This document shows positions 19,654 through 29,584 of a stretch of DNA of 38,844 nucleotides, piece by piece. The stretch comes from Patescibacteria group bacterium. GTDB taxonomy: Bacteria > Patescibacteriota > Microgenomatia > UBA1400 > PJMF01. The stretch is from the NCBI GenBank assembly GCA_018816485.1, contig JAHIVL010000061.1, forward strand, positions 1 through 38,844, given 5' to 3'. Made by a program: the position numbers and the translations under genes. Position 1 is the stretch's first letter, and each line of letters starts with the position of its first letter. The notes beneath the pieces are model-generated. The model did no database searches, had not been told where the DNA came from, and saw only the letters and a list, made by a program, of their open reading frames with translations.

Positions 19654-20769
19654 ATGTCATCCAAGAATGATAAAACTAACAAAAAGCCACGAACCATGGC
19701 TGAGCTTCTGGTAAACACCGAGCACAAAATGGTTATTCCAAAGAAAGGATCTGTCGTTTCGGGCATAATCACATCTATAAATAAGAGATCGTTGGTCTTA
19801 GACATTGGTGCTAAAACAGAAGGCGTTGTAGTAGATAAAGAATTTGAGAATGCAAGAGAATATGTCACAGAATTAAAAGTGGGCCAACTATTAGAAGCAA
19901 CTGTTTTTTCAGTTGAAAATGATCGTGGTCAAGTTTTATTGTCACTCAAAAAAGCAGCTAACGATAATAGATGGGAATTTTTCACAGAAGCATTCAAAAA
20001 AGAAGAAATACTTGATGCCAAAGGTTTAGAGGTTAATAAAGGTGGTTTAATTGTTCTTGTTAACGGAACCAGAGGTTTTGTTCCTTCAAGTCAATTTGGT
20101 AAAGATTTGGTAGGCAATTTTTCAAGATTAAAAGGTGAAGATATCAAAGTTCGTGTTATTGAAGTTGATAGAGAAAAGAATCGTTTGATTTTTTCTGAAA
20201 GACACGTTTCTGAAGCAAAAGAAATTTCTCAAAAAACTGCAGCACTTGAGTCAGTTGGAGTCGGAAAGATTTATGAAGGTGTTGTGTCTGGAGTTATGCA
20301 TTTTGGCTTGTTTATTACAGTCGAAGTTCCTGTTGAAGGAAGTAAGAATATTGGACAGGTTGAAGGCTTGGTTCATATTTCAGAAATTTCTTGGGAAAAA
20401 GTCACTCATCCAAAAGATTTTAACGTTGTAGGAGACAGAATTAAGGTTAGAGTTCTAGGAATTGATGAAAAAACTGGTAAACTTAATCTTTCAATTAAAC
20501 AACTTTCAGATGATCCATGGCAATCTATTGCAGACAATTATCAAGTTGGTACTACTGTAGATGGCACAGTTTCAAGAATTGAAGCATTTGGTGCGTTTAT
20601 TAATGTTGAACCAGGGATTGATGGTCTAATTCACTCTAGCAAGCTCGATTCACAAGTTGAGCTCAAAAAAGGTGACAAGATTACTGTTAATGTAGAGAGT
20701 GTTGATCCTGATCATAGAAGAATGAGTTTGAGTTTGGTCTTGACTGAAGTACCGGTGGGCTACAAATAG
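19654..20769 (+). CDS. rpsA: 30S ribosomal protein S1 (four S1 domains)
   Basis: DIGAKTEG, NKGGL..RGFVPSSQ, EGLVHISEISW and DGLIHSS. Confidence 0.93.
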   Translation: MSSKNDKTNKKPRTMAELLVNTEHKMVIPKKGSVVSGIITSINKRSLVLDIGAKTEGVVVDKEFENAREYVTELKVGQLLEATVFSVENDRGQVLLSLKKAANDNRWEFFTEAFKKEEILDAKGLEVNKGGLIVLVNGTRGFVPSSQFGKDLVGNFSRLKGEDIKVRVIEVDREKNRLIFSERHVSEAKEISQKTAALESVGVGKIYEGVVSGVMHFGLFITVEVPVEGSKNIGQVEGLVHISEISWEKVTHPKDFNVVGDRIKVRVLGIDEKTGKLNLSIKQLSDDPWQSIADNYQVGTTVDGTVSRIEAFGAFINVEPGIDGLIHSSKLDSQVELKKGDKITVNVESVDPDHRRMSLSLVLTEVPVGYK

Positions 20770-20793
20770 ACATTTATTTATATAGTATACTTA

Positions 20794-20894
20794 TCTTAGG
20801 TGAGTTATTAATTAATTTATCCTAATGGAGCGTAGATTTACAATTTATTAAAATCTGCGCAATCGAGATAAATTAATTAATAGCTTGCCTAAGA
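20794..20894 (+). other. 101-nt rod-like hairpin (candidate structured RNA or terminator)
   Basis: 28-bp outer stem 20794-20821/20867-20894 with three G-U pairs; inner 10-bp stem 20830-20839/20851-20860. Confidence 0.55.
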
Positions 20895-20917
20895 GTAAAC
20901 TATTTAAAAAAGGAATT

Positions 20918-21076
20918 ATGGCAAAACAAAGAATGATTGTTACAGACGACCAGTTATTAATTGACATGGACTTATTGTTCAATTCAATTAGAGATGCTGG
21001 AGGCGATTGGGAAAAAGTTGAACAAGATATGAAAAGCTATCTATCGGCCATCCAATCGATGGTGGGTGAAGAGTAG
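20918..21076 (+). CDS. Small hypothetical protein (about 52 aa from ATG 20918)
   Basis: AAAGGA RBS before ATG; MAKQRMIVTDDQLL... Confidence 0.65.
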   Translation: MAKQRMIVTDDQLLIDMDLLFNSIRDAGGDWEKVEQDMKSYLSAIQSMVGEE

Positions 21077-21159
21077 TTATTTTGTGGTACAATACCCCTA
21101 GATTTACCGAAAGTTGACTTGTTGCCCAAGTTCGATCGCAAGTCCTAATAAAAGTAAGG

Positions 21160-21819
21160 ATGTTACATATGATTGATAAGACAGAAGTAATCGAAGAAAA
21201 AGTTTTGGCATATGTAATCACGTGTGGCGATGAAGGAGTTCAAATAAATGAGGGAATCAGACTTGGTTTCGTTGGTGCAGGGGTTAAACTTGAAGGTTTT
21301 GATAAGGCTGTTGCTGCCTTGAAATCTCTTTTTGTTGGTGAAAATTTACGTATAGCTGCTTCCGAAGAATGTGATTGGATAAAAGAACAGCTTGATCTTT
21401 CAAACTGGGAACAAACAACTGCAAGTTCTCAACAGCGCGTAGAGGCTTTGGCAGATAAAGAGGGCTTGCTGTATTGTGGCTTTTTACCATTCAAAGATCC
21501 GAGAAAATTAAAACATGATATTAAAGGTCACATGGTTAGACCACACAATATTCACGTTGCAAACAAAATTTGTTTTACGTTAGCTGGTGGGGAACAAACA
21601 TATAACTTAGGTTGCTATTTAATTAGTGCTGAGTGGGTTCACAAAGTTCCTGCCAAGGTTGCTAAAAAACTTATCCATACACAAATTGCGTTTTACAAAA
21701 AAGTTTCAGAAAATGACAACCTCGAGTTTGTCTTTGACAAAGAAGGCATATTGGGAGAAAAAGTTGCTGAAAAGAACGTTAAGGCTTTAAAGAAAATTGG
21801 GGTGGTGGCTAAAGAATAA
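21160..21819 (+). CDS. Hypothetical protein
   Basis: 219 aa ORF with a KHDIKGHMVRPH His cluster; no family recognised. Confidence 0.7.
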   Translation: MLHMIDKTEVIEEKVLAYVITCGDEGVQINEGIRLGFVGAGVKLEGFDKAVAALKSLFVGENLRIAASEECDWIKEQLDLSNWEQTTASSQQRVEALADKEGLLYCGFLPFKDPRKLKHDIKGHMVRPHNIHVANKICFTLAGGEQTYNLGCYLISAEWVHKVPAKVAKKLIHTQIAFYKKVSENDNLEFVFDKEGILGEKVAEKNVKALKKIGVVAKE

Positions 21820-21841
21820 TTTTTTAAAAAGTGAGAGTGAC

Positions 21842-22660
21842 ATGACAGAAGAAAATGGCAAATTTTTTTTACAAAAGTTGGCAGACAATATTGAGGCAGG
21901 ACAAGATATTCCAGGTGAAGTGATCAATCATGTTCAAGAGAATTTGGCAATTCCTACCAATCAATCATCTATTTGTGTTGATGGTGGATATACCGAAGAA
22001 CAAGCTGAGGGCGAGTTGGCACGTCCAGGTGCAGATTTGGGAATTTCAATTTCTTTAATCAAGTTAGGCTTCACGCCTCTGGAGGCATTTTTAGCAGTCT
22101 ACAATCATCGTGTAAAAAATGGTCAACAATATGGTTGGCATACTGATATCCACGCTGATCCAGTAGATGGCTCGCATGTTCATTCAAGAATTTTTAGTGG
22201 TTGTGGACATTGTAATATAGCGTATATGAGATCAGAGGAATATGGAGTCGATAGCGAAAAAGTGCGAGAACTTCTCAATGTGATAAGAACATATCAAGTT
22301 TCAAATCCAGAATCTATGAGATTTGTTAATTTAGATAGAGAACATAAGGAAAAAGGAATATTAGTTGTGAACACTGATGAAGTTACAATTTATCCATGGG
22401 ATAAAGAAAAGGATAGTCAATTTTTTGTTTATGATTCTGTGCGAGATGCAAAACTTCTTGGAGATATTGTTGAAAGCATAAATAAAGAAGCAAACGGCAA
22501 AAATATTACTTTTGAACAATTAAAAGAGGTTGTGGATCAACATACTAGTGCAACATTGGGATTGCTTGGGTCAAGCAAAGGCAAGCCAATGTATAGTATT
22601 ACAATTGAAGGTGGCAAACTTTTAGTTGAGCTTGCGGGTAACGCACCAAGCATTGATTAA
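21842..22660 (+). CDS. Putative CDCA/zeta- or beta-like carbonic anhydrase (start probably ATG 21842)
   Basis: Cys/His/Cys metal-ligand pattern: CVDG...RPGADLG...HTD..H...GCGH. Confidence 0.6.
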   Translation: MTEENGKFFLQKLADNIEAGQDIPGEVINHVQENLAIPTNQSSICVDGGYTEEQAEGELARPGADLGISISLIKLGFTPLEAFLAVYNHRVKNGQQYGWHTDIHADPVDGSHVHSRIFSGCGHCNIAYMRSEEYGVDSEKVRELLNVIRTYQVSNPESMRFVNLDREHKEKGILVVNTDEVTIYPWDKEKDSQFFVYDSVRDAKLLGDIVESINKEANGKNITFEQLKEVVDQHTSATLGLLGSSKGKPMYSITIEGGKLLVELAGNAPSID

Positions 22661-22689
22661 TCAAAGGGAAAATTCGGGTTTTTTTACTG

Positions 22690-22718
22690 TTGCACATCTC
22701 GAACTCTTATCATATAAT
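22690..22718 (+). promoter_or_regulatory. Sigma70-type promoter of the tRNA-Ala/23S/5S unit
   Basis: TTGCAC-17 nt-TATAAT. Confidence 0.8.
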
Positions 22719-22842
22719 ATCATTCTGATTGTTCGGGAAACACTCATCTAGATATTCTACTTTTAATCCATTAAGATTAGAATCCCTCAAGAAAAATTCA
22801 AAAATAAATTAAGATTGATAGATTTTTAGTGTGATCATTTTT

Positions 22843-22916
22843 GGGCCCTTAGCTCAGCTGGTCAGAGTGCTTCATTTGCAATGAAGAGGTCAAGGGTTCG
22901 ACTCCCTTAGGGTCCA
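22843..22916 (+). tRNA. tRNA-Ala (UGC), no encoded CCA
   Basis: Acceptor stem GGGCCCT/AGGGTCC with G3-U70; anticodon arm CTTCA-TTTGCAA-TGAAG; TTCGACT T loop. Confidence 0.96.
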
Positions 22917-23327
22917 CATCTAAGAGGTCGATCTAATATTTAATTCTGAATTTTAAAACCGAATATTCGCGTTCTTTAAATAAAAAAAATAAATGTTTTA
23001 AAAGCGAACGCTTTCGAGCTTGTCTCGATGAGAGCTTTTAAAACAATTATTTTTGATTAGAAAATCAGAATAAAATTGGTTATTAAATATTAGTTCTTTG
23101 GTTTTACCTCACCAGGTCTTACTGAGAACTAACATTTAGCAACTAATTATTGCTGAAAAATGGATTTGTTGACTAAGTTAACATTTTCGACAAGGTAGTT
23201 AATACGGCAGGACTCTCAAGTTGTAAAAACCGTATATAAACCTAAATCCTTGAGATCTGGAATGAAAACAACAAAATTGTTTGTGATTGCCGACATGGCG
23301 ACTAATAACAAGTTTTCAGAAAAGAGT

Positions 23328-23340
23328 TGATCTTTAACAA
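23328..23340 (+). promoter_or_regulatory. boxA-like antitermination element in the pre-23S spacer
   Basis: TGATCTTTAACAA vs consensus TGCTCTTTAACA. Confidence 0.6.
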
Positions 23341-25590
23341 GTGAAGAAAACTGTCATGTATAGGTCAAAATGATGATTTAATCATCAGTGGCCATGCATC
23401 TTTTTAAAATTTCAATAAAAAATTGTACTAAACTGTGCGGCAACGCACTAAATTGTACAAACATTTCGTCTTGAAATTACAAAAAAAAACAAATGCTACA
23501 AGTCGAGACTACGCAAGTAGTTTCGCATGCTAAAGTCTATTTACACAAGTGCAAACTCGTGTTTATAGCAAGCTTATAGAAATATAATAGCGATATATAA
23601 ATGAAAATTTATGTGAATTAATGCAGATAGTGGATGCCTAGGCTTATCTGGCCGATGAAGGACGCTAACCCCGCGAAAGTGGTTGGGTAACTGGGAAAAA
23701 GTTATGATCCAGCCGTGTCCGAATTGAGAAATCACGCTACGTGAGAGCGTAGTGGCCCTAATTTTTTAAATTAGGTGGGTAACCTCCCGAACTGAAATAT
23801 CTAAGTAGGGAGAGGAAAAGAAAACGTAAGAGATTCCCCGAGTAAGCGACGAGCGAAAAGGGACTAGTCCAAACCCGGAATTTATTCCGGGGGTTGTAGG
23901 ACCTCAACATTTGACTTTAAAAGATAGAAGAACACTTTGGAATAAGTGATCAAAGAGGGTGATAATCCCGTAAGCAAAATCTAATAAAGCGATAGAGGAT
24001 TCCTGAGTAGGTTGGGAGACGGCAAACTCCCTTCTGAATCTGGGGTGACCACACTCCAAGACTAAATACCAGATAAGACCGATAGTGAACGAGTACCGTG
24101 AGGGAAAGGTGAAAAGAAGGGTTGAAGACCCCGTGAAATAGAACCTGAAACCATCTGCTAACAATCAGACAAAGCACATTTATTGTGTGATGTCGTGCCT
24201 ATTGAAGAATGAGCCGGCGAGTATTTGACAACTGCTTCAGGTTAAGACATTTCGTGTCGAAGCCGTAGTGAAAGCGAGCGTGAATAGCGCGAATCTGTAG
24301 TTGTTGAATGACCCGAAACCGGGTGAGCTTACCATGACCAGGATGAAGCCCTGATAATATCGGGGTGGAGGTCCGCACCGGTGTATGCTGCAAGATGCTC
24401 GGATGAGTTGTGGTAAGAGGTAATATGCCAATCGAACCCGGAGATAGCTGGTTCTCCCTGAAATATATTTAAGTATAGGGTTACGTGAAGTTGCGGGGGG
24501 GTAGAGCACTGATCTGGTGTCTTGGGCGAAAGCCTAAGCGCTTAGTCAAACTCCGAATACCCCGTAATGTTTCGTAGCACTCAGCACCTGGGAGCTAAGT
24601 TCCAGGAGCAAAAGGAAAACAAACCAGACCTACAGCTAAGGTCTCAAATTACATATTTAGTGGCGAAAGAAGTGTTATTCCTAACACACCTAGGAGGTCG
24701 GCTCAGAAGCAGCCATCCTTTAAAGAAAGCGTAACAGCTCACTAGCCGAGGAATAATGCGCTGAAAATCCAACGAGGCTCAAATATGTAACCGAAGCTTA
24801 GGGTTCTAGTGTCAGATTTATTTGATATTGGAGCGGTAAGGGAGCGTTCTGTGTGCTTTGAAGCCAGCCCGTGAGGAGCTGGTGGAGCGATCAGAAGTGA
24901 GAATGCCGGCATGAGTAGCGAAATTGGGGTGAGAATCCCCGACTCCGAATGACCAAGGTTTCCGCACCCACGTTCGTCGTGTGCGGGTTAGGCGACCCTA
25001 AGGTGAGCCCTCGTTAATGAGGGGTAGCCGATGGATTACTGGTTAATATTCCAGTCCTTGGTTAGGATCATTTGACTTGGGGAGGGACGGTGATGGATAA
25101 CATGTGAGCAGCGGTGAATGTTGCTTCAAAGCACTAAAGCAGTCTGGATAGGAAAATCCGTTCAGGCGTTTATCTGAGGTGTGATAGGGCTCTGATTCCT
25201 TTTGGAAGACGAGTTACATGCGATTTCATTATCCTGGAAAAGCTTCGCAAGGAGATTCTAATCAAATCGTACCGATAACCGACACAGGTAGTCAGGTCGA
25301 GTAGACTAAGGAGAGCGAGAGAAAATAGTTTAAGGAACTCGGCAAAACAGCTGGGCGTAATTTCGAGAGATGCCCTCCTCTTTATAGCAATGTAAAGAGG
25401 CGCAGTGAATGTCATGAGGTTGACTGTTTACCAAAAACACAGGTCTGTGCAAACTCGTAAGAGGAAGTATACGGGCTGAAGCCTGCCCAGTGCCGGAAGG
25501 TTAATTGAGGGGGTTTTGTCTAATTTATTAGATAAGGCCTCTGATCGAAGCCCCGGTGAACGGCAGCAGTAACTATAACTGTTCTATGGT

Positions 25591-26301
25591 AGGAAAGCTG
25601 CCTTAGTAAAACTCAACTATATGCTGGAAACCCTGAGAATCTTGATCTACTCATTAAAATATGGTATATATTTACCATAAATGAGTGAAAATGATCCAAG
25701 TGCAGACAATCAGCAGGGAAGACTTGAATTCGCTAGTTGGATAATTGGTTTTGTTGATGGAGAAGGATGTTTTTCAGTCAGTATTTTTCGTAATAGAACG
25801 AGCAAATTTGGTTGGCAGGTAATGCCAGAATTTGTGATAACTCAATCTGAAAGAGACCTAGATGTTCTTAAAGACATCAAAGCTTTTTTCGGTTGTGGAA
25901 ATATCTTCGTAAATCGAAGATATGATAATCACAAACGTAATTTATATCGCTTCTGTGTACGCAAACGTTCTGATTTGACAAACGTAATCATTCCATTTTT
26001 CAATCAATATCCATTACTGACCAAGAAACATTTAGATTTTATTACTTTCAAAAAAGTAGTAAATATGATGAATAAAAAGCAACATTTTCAAACAAAAGGT
26101 TTGAATAAAATTGCTAAATTGGTTGGTAAAAATCTAGAACGAAATCAAGAACCCTCAGAGACTATACGTTGAGCTCAATTATTTAATTGAGAAGATATAG
26201 TCCGATCTCATAGGCGACTATGAGGATCTTTAAATACAAGCGTCGAAGATCATAAAAACAAAGCGTACAATTACTAAATATTTATTTAGTATTTGTTTAT
26301 G
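25591..26301 (+). mobile_element. Group I intron at 23S position L1931 (E. coli numbering), 711 nt, carrying a homing endonuclease
   Basis: Exon ...CTATGGT|AGCGAAGTTCC rejoins; ends in G; core elements ATGCTGGAAACC (P), AATCAGCAGG (Q), TCAGAGACTA (R) and AAGATATAGTCC (S). Confidence 0.93.
25681..26172 (+). CDS. Single-motif LAGLIDADG homing endonuclease
   Basis: WIIGFVDGEGCFSV, PEFVITQ, FFGCGNI and IIPFFNQYPLLTKKHLDF. Confidence 0.95.
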   Translation: MSENDPSADNQQGRLEFASWIIGFVDGEGCFSVSIFRNRTSKFGWQVMPEFVITQSERDLDVLKDIKAFFGCGNIFVNRRYDNHKRNLYRFCVRKRSDLTNVIIPFFNQYPLLTKKHLDFITFKKVVNMMNKKQHFQTKGLNKIAKLVGKNLERNQEPSETIR

Positions 26302-26864
26302 AGCGAAGTTCCTTGTCACTTAATTGGTGACCCGCACGAAAGGTTTAACAAGCCTCATACTGTCTTGAACTATTACTCGGCGAAATTGAAATGGCTGTGA
26401 AGATGCGGCCTACTGACAACAGGACAAAAAGACCCCGTAGAGCTTTACTACAACTTGGCACTGACGGTGAATATAGGATTGTTTAGAATAGGCGGGAGGA
26501 AACTTCATTTATGACGTTTCCGACCAGTGAAATACCGCCCGTTTTGTATTTATCATCTAACTTAATCATGCTGCAAACGCATGAAAGAACACTGTCTGGT
26601 GGGTAGTTTAACTGGGGAGGTTGCTTGCTAAAGAGTAACGCAAGCGCGCAATGGTATTCTTCGCCTGGATAGAAATCAGGCTGGACGTGCAATAGCATAA
26701 GAATGCTTTACTGTGAGACATACAAGTCGAGCAGTTGCGAAAGCAGGTTATAGTGATCCTCGTGTGTTTTGTGGAAGACACCGGGCTTATCGGATAAAAG
26801 TTACCTCGGGGATAACAGAGTCATCGCGCCTAAGCGTCCCTAGCGTCGGCGCGGTTTGCTACCT

Positions 26865-27256
26865 TTATTAACATTGGGGTCCCTTAACAGTAATGTTAAG
26901 GTGCTGTTCTTGAGTAGAAAGACAACTCAATTTCTACTATCAAGATAAAAATGGGCTCATAACGGTGAACCCTTCGTTTTATCGGATAGATAAAACATGG
27001 TAATACCGTGGGAAGTCCAACAAAAGATCAAAATTCTATACCTCAAAGGGTATAATTAAGAGCATTTGCTTTTAATTTAGTAGTGGATAACATTACAAGC
27101 TTTTGTTGTGACCCCGTATCGACTTGAGAGTTGGGGCAATTATGCAAACTCTCAGATGGAATGAATAATCATTTCATAACACGCCCACGTCCTTTATGTA
27201 GAAACAAAGGATGGTGGTATAGTCAGACTCTTGGCGAAAGCCTTGAGATAAATTCG
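26865..27256 (+). mobile_element. ORF-less group I intron at L2500, 392 nt
   Basis: Exon ...GCTACCT|CGATGTCGGC rejoins; ends in G; ATAACGGTGAACCC, AATACCGTGGGAAG, CCCGTATCGACT and TGGTATAGTC core elements. Confidence 0.92.
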
Positions 27257-27303
<47 letters not shown>

Positions 27304-27349
27304 AGTCTGTTCGCCTATTAAAGCGGTACGCGAGCTGGGTTCAGACCGT

Positions 27350-27741
27350 CAACTAACGGCGGCTTTTTCGAGTAATCGAAATCGAATAAATCGACTCATA
27401 TCGGTGAAACCCTAACAAACACTCAACCTGTCGTGTGTTAGGATAATACCGAGGGAAGTTGTATTCCTGTACATATTATGAAAAAAAATCTTTTTTAAAT
27501 TGAATTATTCAAAAAAAAGAAAAATATGTACTAAGGTGGTTCGTAATCACCTGATAGAAAAAGGAGTATTAACCCCGTAGAGACTTGTTTGTGTAACGAG
27601 CAAACAGAATTGTTTTTAATAAAAATAATTAACACGTCGATCCCCTACACTTTGCAATAAAAACAAAGAATGATGTAGGGTGGTGGTATAGTCCATCCTC
27701 TTAGTAATAAGAGATTTTATATACTTTTATGTATATATATG
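27350..27741 (+). mobile_element. ORF-less group I intron at L2593, 392 nt
   Basis: Exon ...CAGACCGT|CGTGAGACAG rejoins; ends in G; ATATCGGTGAAACCC, AATACCGAGGGAAG, CCCGTAGAGACT and TGGTATAGTCC. Confidence 0.92.
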
Positions 27742-27884
27742 CGTGAGACAGGTCGGCCTCTATCCGCTGTCAGCGTTAGATAGTTGAGAGAATTTGCCCA
27801 TAGTACGAGAGGACCTGGGTGAGGGAATCCCTAGTGTTCCAGTTGTTGCTGTCAAGCGCACTGCTGGGTAGCTACATTCCTTAT

Positions 27885-27917
<33 letters not shown>

Positions 27918-28258
27918 AATCTCAAGATTAACTATCTCCATTAGACCCGTGGGAGAACACCACGTTGATAGGTAGTCGGTGTAAGCCTGGTGACAGGCTA
28001 AGCCTAACTATACTAAGTGTTGATCGAACATAATTTTCAAATTTTAATTTTTGAACGTTAGCGAGTTGTGCAATTTATTGTGCGCCCGCCAAACAAATTT
28101 TCAAACTTTAAAAGCATGGACACTGTGTTACATCAACTAAATTTTAATCTAATTAACGTTTTTCATATCTTTTTGACCCATGGCAGATTTTCTTCACTTG
28201 TTAGAGTCCAACTCTAATTAACAATTTAATATTACTTAACCGCGTAAAGAACGTTTAA

Positions 28259-28376
28259 TTCTGGTCTCTAGAGCGAGGTGGAACCAACTCTTCCCTTCCC
28301 GAACAGAGTCTTGAAACTCCTCAGCGCTGACAATAGTGCATGGGCAACTGTGTGTGAAGATAGGTCGAGGCCAGAA
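28259..28376 (+). rRNA. rrf: 5S rRNA
   Basis: About 118 nt downstream of 23S; terminal stem TTCTGGTC/GGCCAGAA; CCCTTCCCGAAC loop C; GATAGGTCG. Confidence 0.9.
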
Positions 28377-28440
28377 TTAAGCGTTTTTTTGTGGGCAAAA
28401 TTAGTTTTCTATTAACCCTGAATTGAAGCCAATTAAAGTT

Positions 28441-28469
28441 TTCGAATTTCTTTATCCTGGTGCTATAAT
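28441..28469 (+). promoter_or_regulatory. Putative extended -10 promoter for the island's first genes
   Basis: TTCGAA-17 nt-TATAAT with TGnTATAAT. Confidence 0.5.
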
Positions 28470-28560
28470 AAACATGTATCCTTAAGATGTAATTATATCC
28501 GTGAGGGCATATCCGAGAGAACCTGTGGTTCATGAAGGTACAAGTAAATAGTAAAATAAT

Positions 28561-29580
28561 ATGAAAATTTTATTAAATATTCCTCAAAGTAAATGGGATA
28601 ATAGCAACATTAGTAGAGCACTTGCAAGTTTTCCAGGACAAATTTTAACCTATGTTAAGAAAACTGATGCAGCAGCAATTTTAAGACTTGAGCAGTGGTT
28701 ATCAATAATTTTATGGAGATGGTACTTTTTAGTCAATGATTCTTTAACTACTTCACCATATCTTTATTTAATATGGAGGCATGATTTAGAAAATTGGCCT
28801 AAAGAAAGTCAGTTCTTAGTTATTGCAAAAACTAATTTTATAGACCAGAAAATTAATATAACTCTTGACGTTGATGCAATTGATTTTAATCAACAACCAT
28901 TATTGGTTGACCTATTGAATGTAAAATCTAAAATAAATTCAAAAACAAATTTATTTTTCCCCAATGATTCTGTATACACGAAGTTAATTGAGAACCTAAA
29001 ACTTGAATTTACCAAAGATGTTAAAGATATCAAAGGTTTCACAGAGAATAAAAATCCAAATAAACTAGATCAATCTCAAATTCAATTAACTAAAAAAATA
29101 GTTGTCTACTTACTTGATGAATGGCATAAGACTGATGAAATTATAAATAAAAGTTGGACTAAAGTAGAATGGCAGGGTCTTTGGAGTTGGGTATTTTCAT
29201 TTATCCAAAAAGAAGATGAACTCACTTCAGAAATGTTTTCCGATAAAATTATTAAACATACACGTAAAACAATGCCCACTTTTGGTTTAACTGGCCAAGA
29301 AATGGAGCAAATGGAACAGAATAATGCTTCTTACTCAAGGTCCCAAGCAAGTAGTCAATTTATGTTTTGGTTAAATTGTACGAGATTTTTTACACTTCCT
29401 TTGTCATGGTATTTACACCTAGTAGCGCCAGTTTTTCTTGAACAATTGAATTTTGATCAAGATATCAAAGATACCTTAACAAATTTTTTTGAAGATCCAA
29501 TTCTTCTTTTTAATCCATTTTCTGCGATATCACTTACTAGTTTTGGGAGTCAAGTATTAACAGAGGATCTTTGGAGGTAG
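28561..29580 (+). CDS. Hypothetical protein (Trp-rich)
   Basis: 339 aa ORF, 4 nt upstream of the SEC-C gene; no family recognised. Confidence 0.75.
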   Translation: MKILLNIPQSKWDNSNISRALASFPGQILTYVKKTDAAAILRLEQWLSIILWRWYFLVNDSLTTSPYLYLIWRHDLENWPKESQFLVIAKTNFIDQKINITLDVDAIDFNQQPLLVDLLNVKSKINSKTNLFFPNDSVYTKLIENLKLEFTKDVKDIKGFTENKNPNKLDQSQIQLTKKIVVYLLDEWHKTDEIINKSWTKVEWQGLWSWVFSFIQKEDELTSEMFSDKIIKHTRKTMPTFGLTGQEMEQMEQNNASYSRSQASSQFMFWLNCTRFFTLPLSWYLHLVAPVFLEQLNFDQDIKDTLTNFFEDPILLFNPFSAISLTSFGSQVLTEDLWR

Positions 29581-29584
29581 ATTT

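Noticed and set aside
22843..22916. tRNAs lacking an encoded CCA
   Set aside because: Common; CCA is added post-transcriptionally
23904..25415. Minus-strand ORFs (23904-24164, 23950-24177, 24199-24393, 24237-24509, 25170-25415; also 26483-26698 and 28321-28533)
   Set aside because: Antisense shadows of the 23S and 5S rRNA genes
27460..27570. Homing endonuclease in the L2500 or L2593 intron
   Set aside because: The inserts are short and AT-rich with no substantial ORF or LAGLIDADG motif
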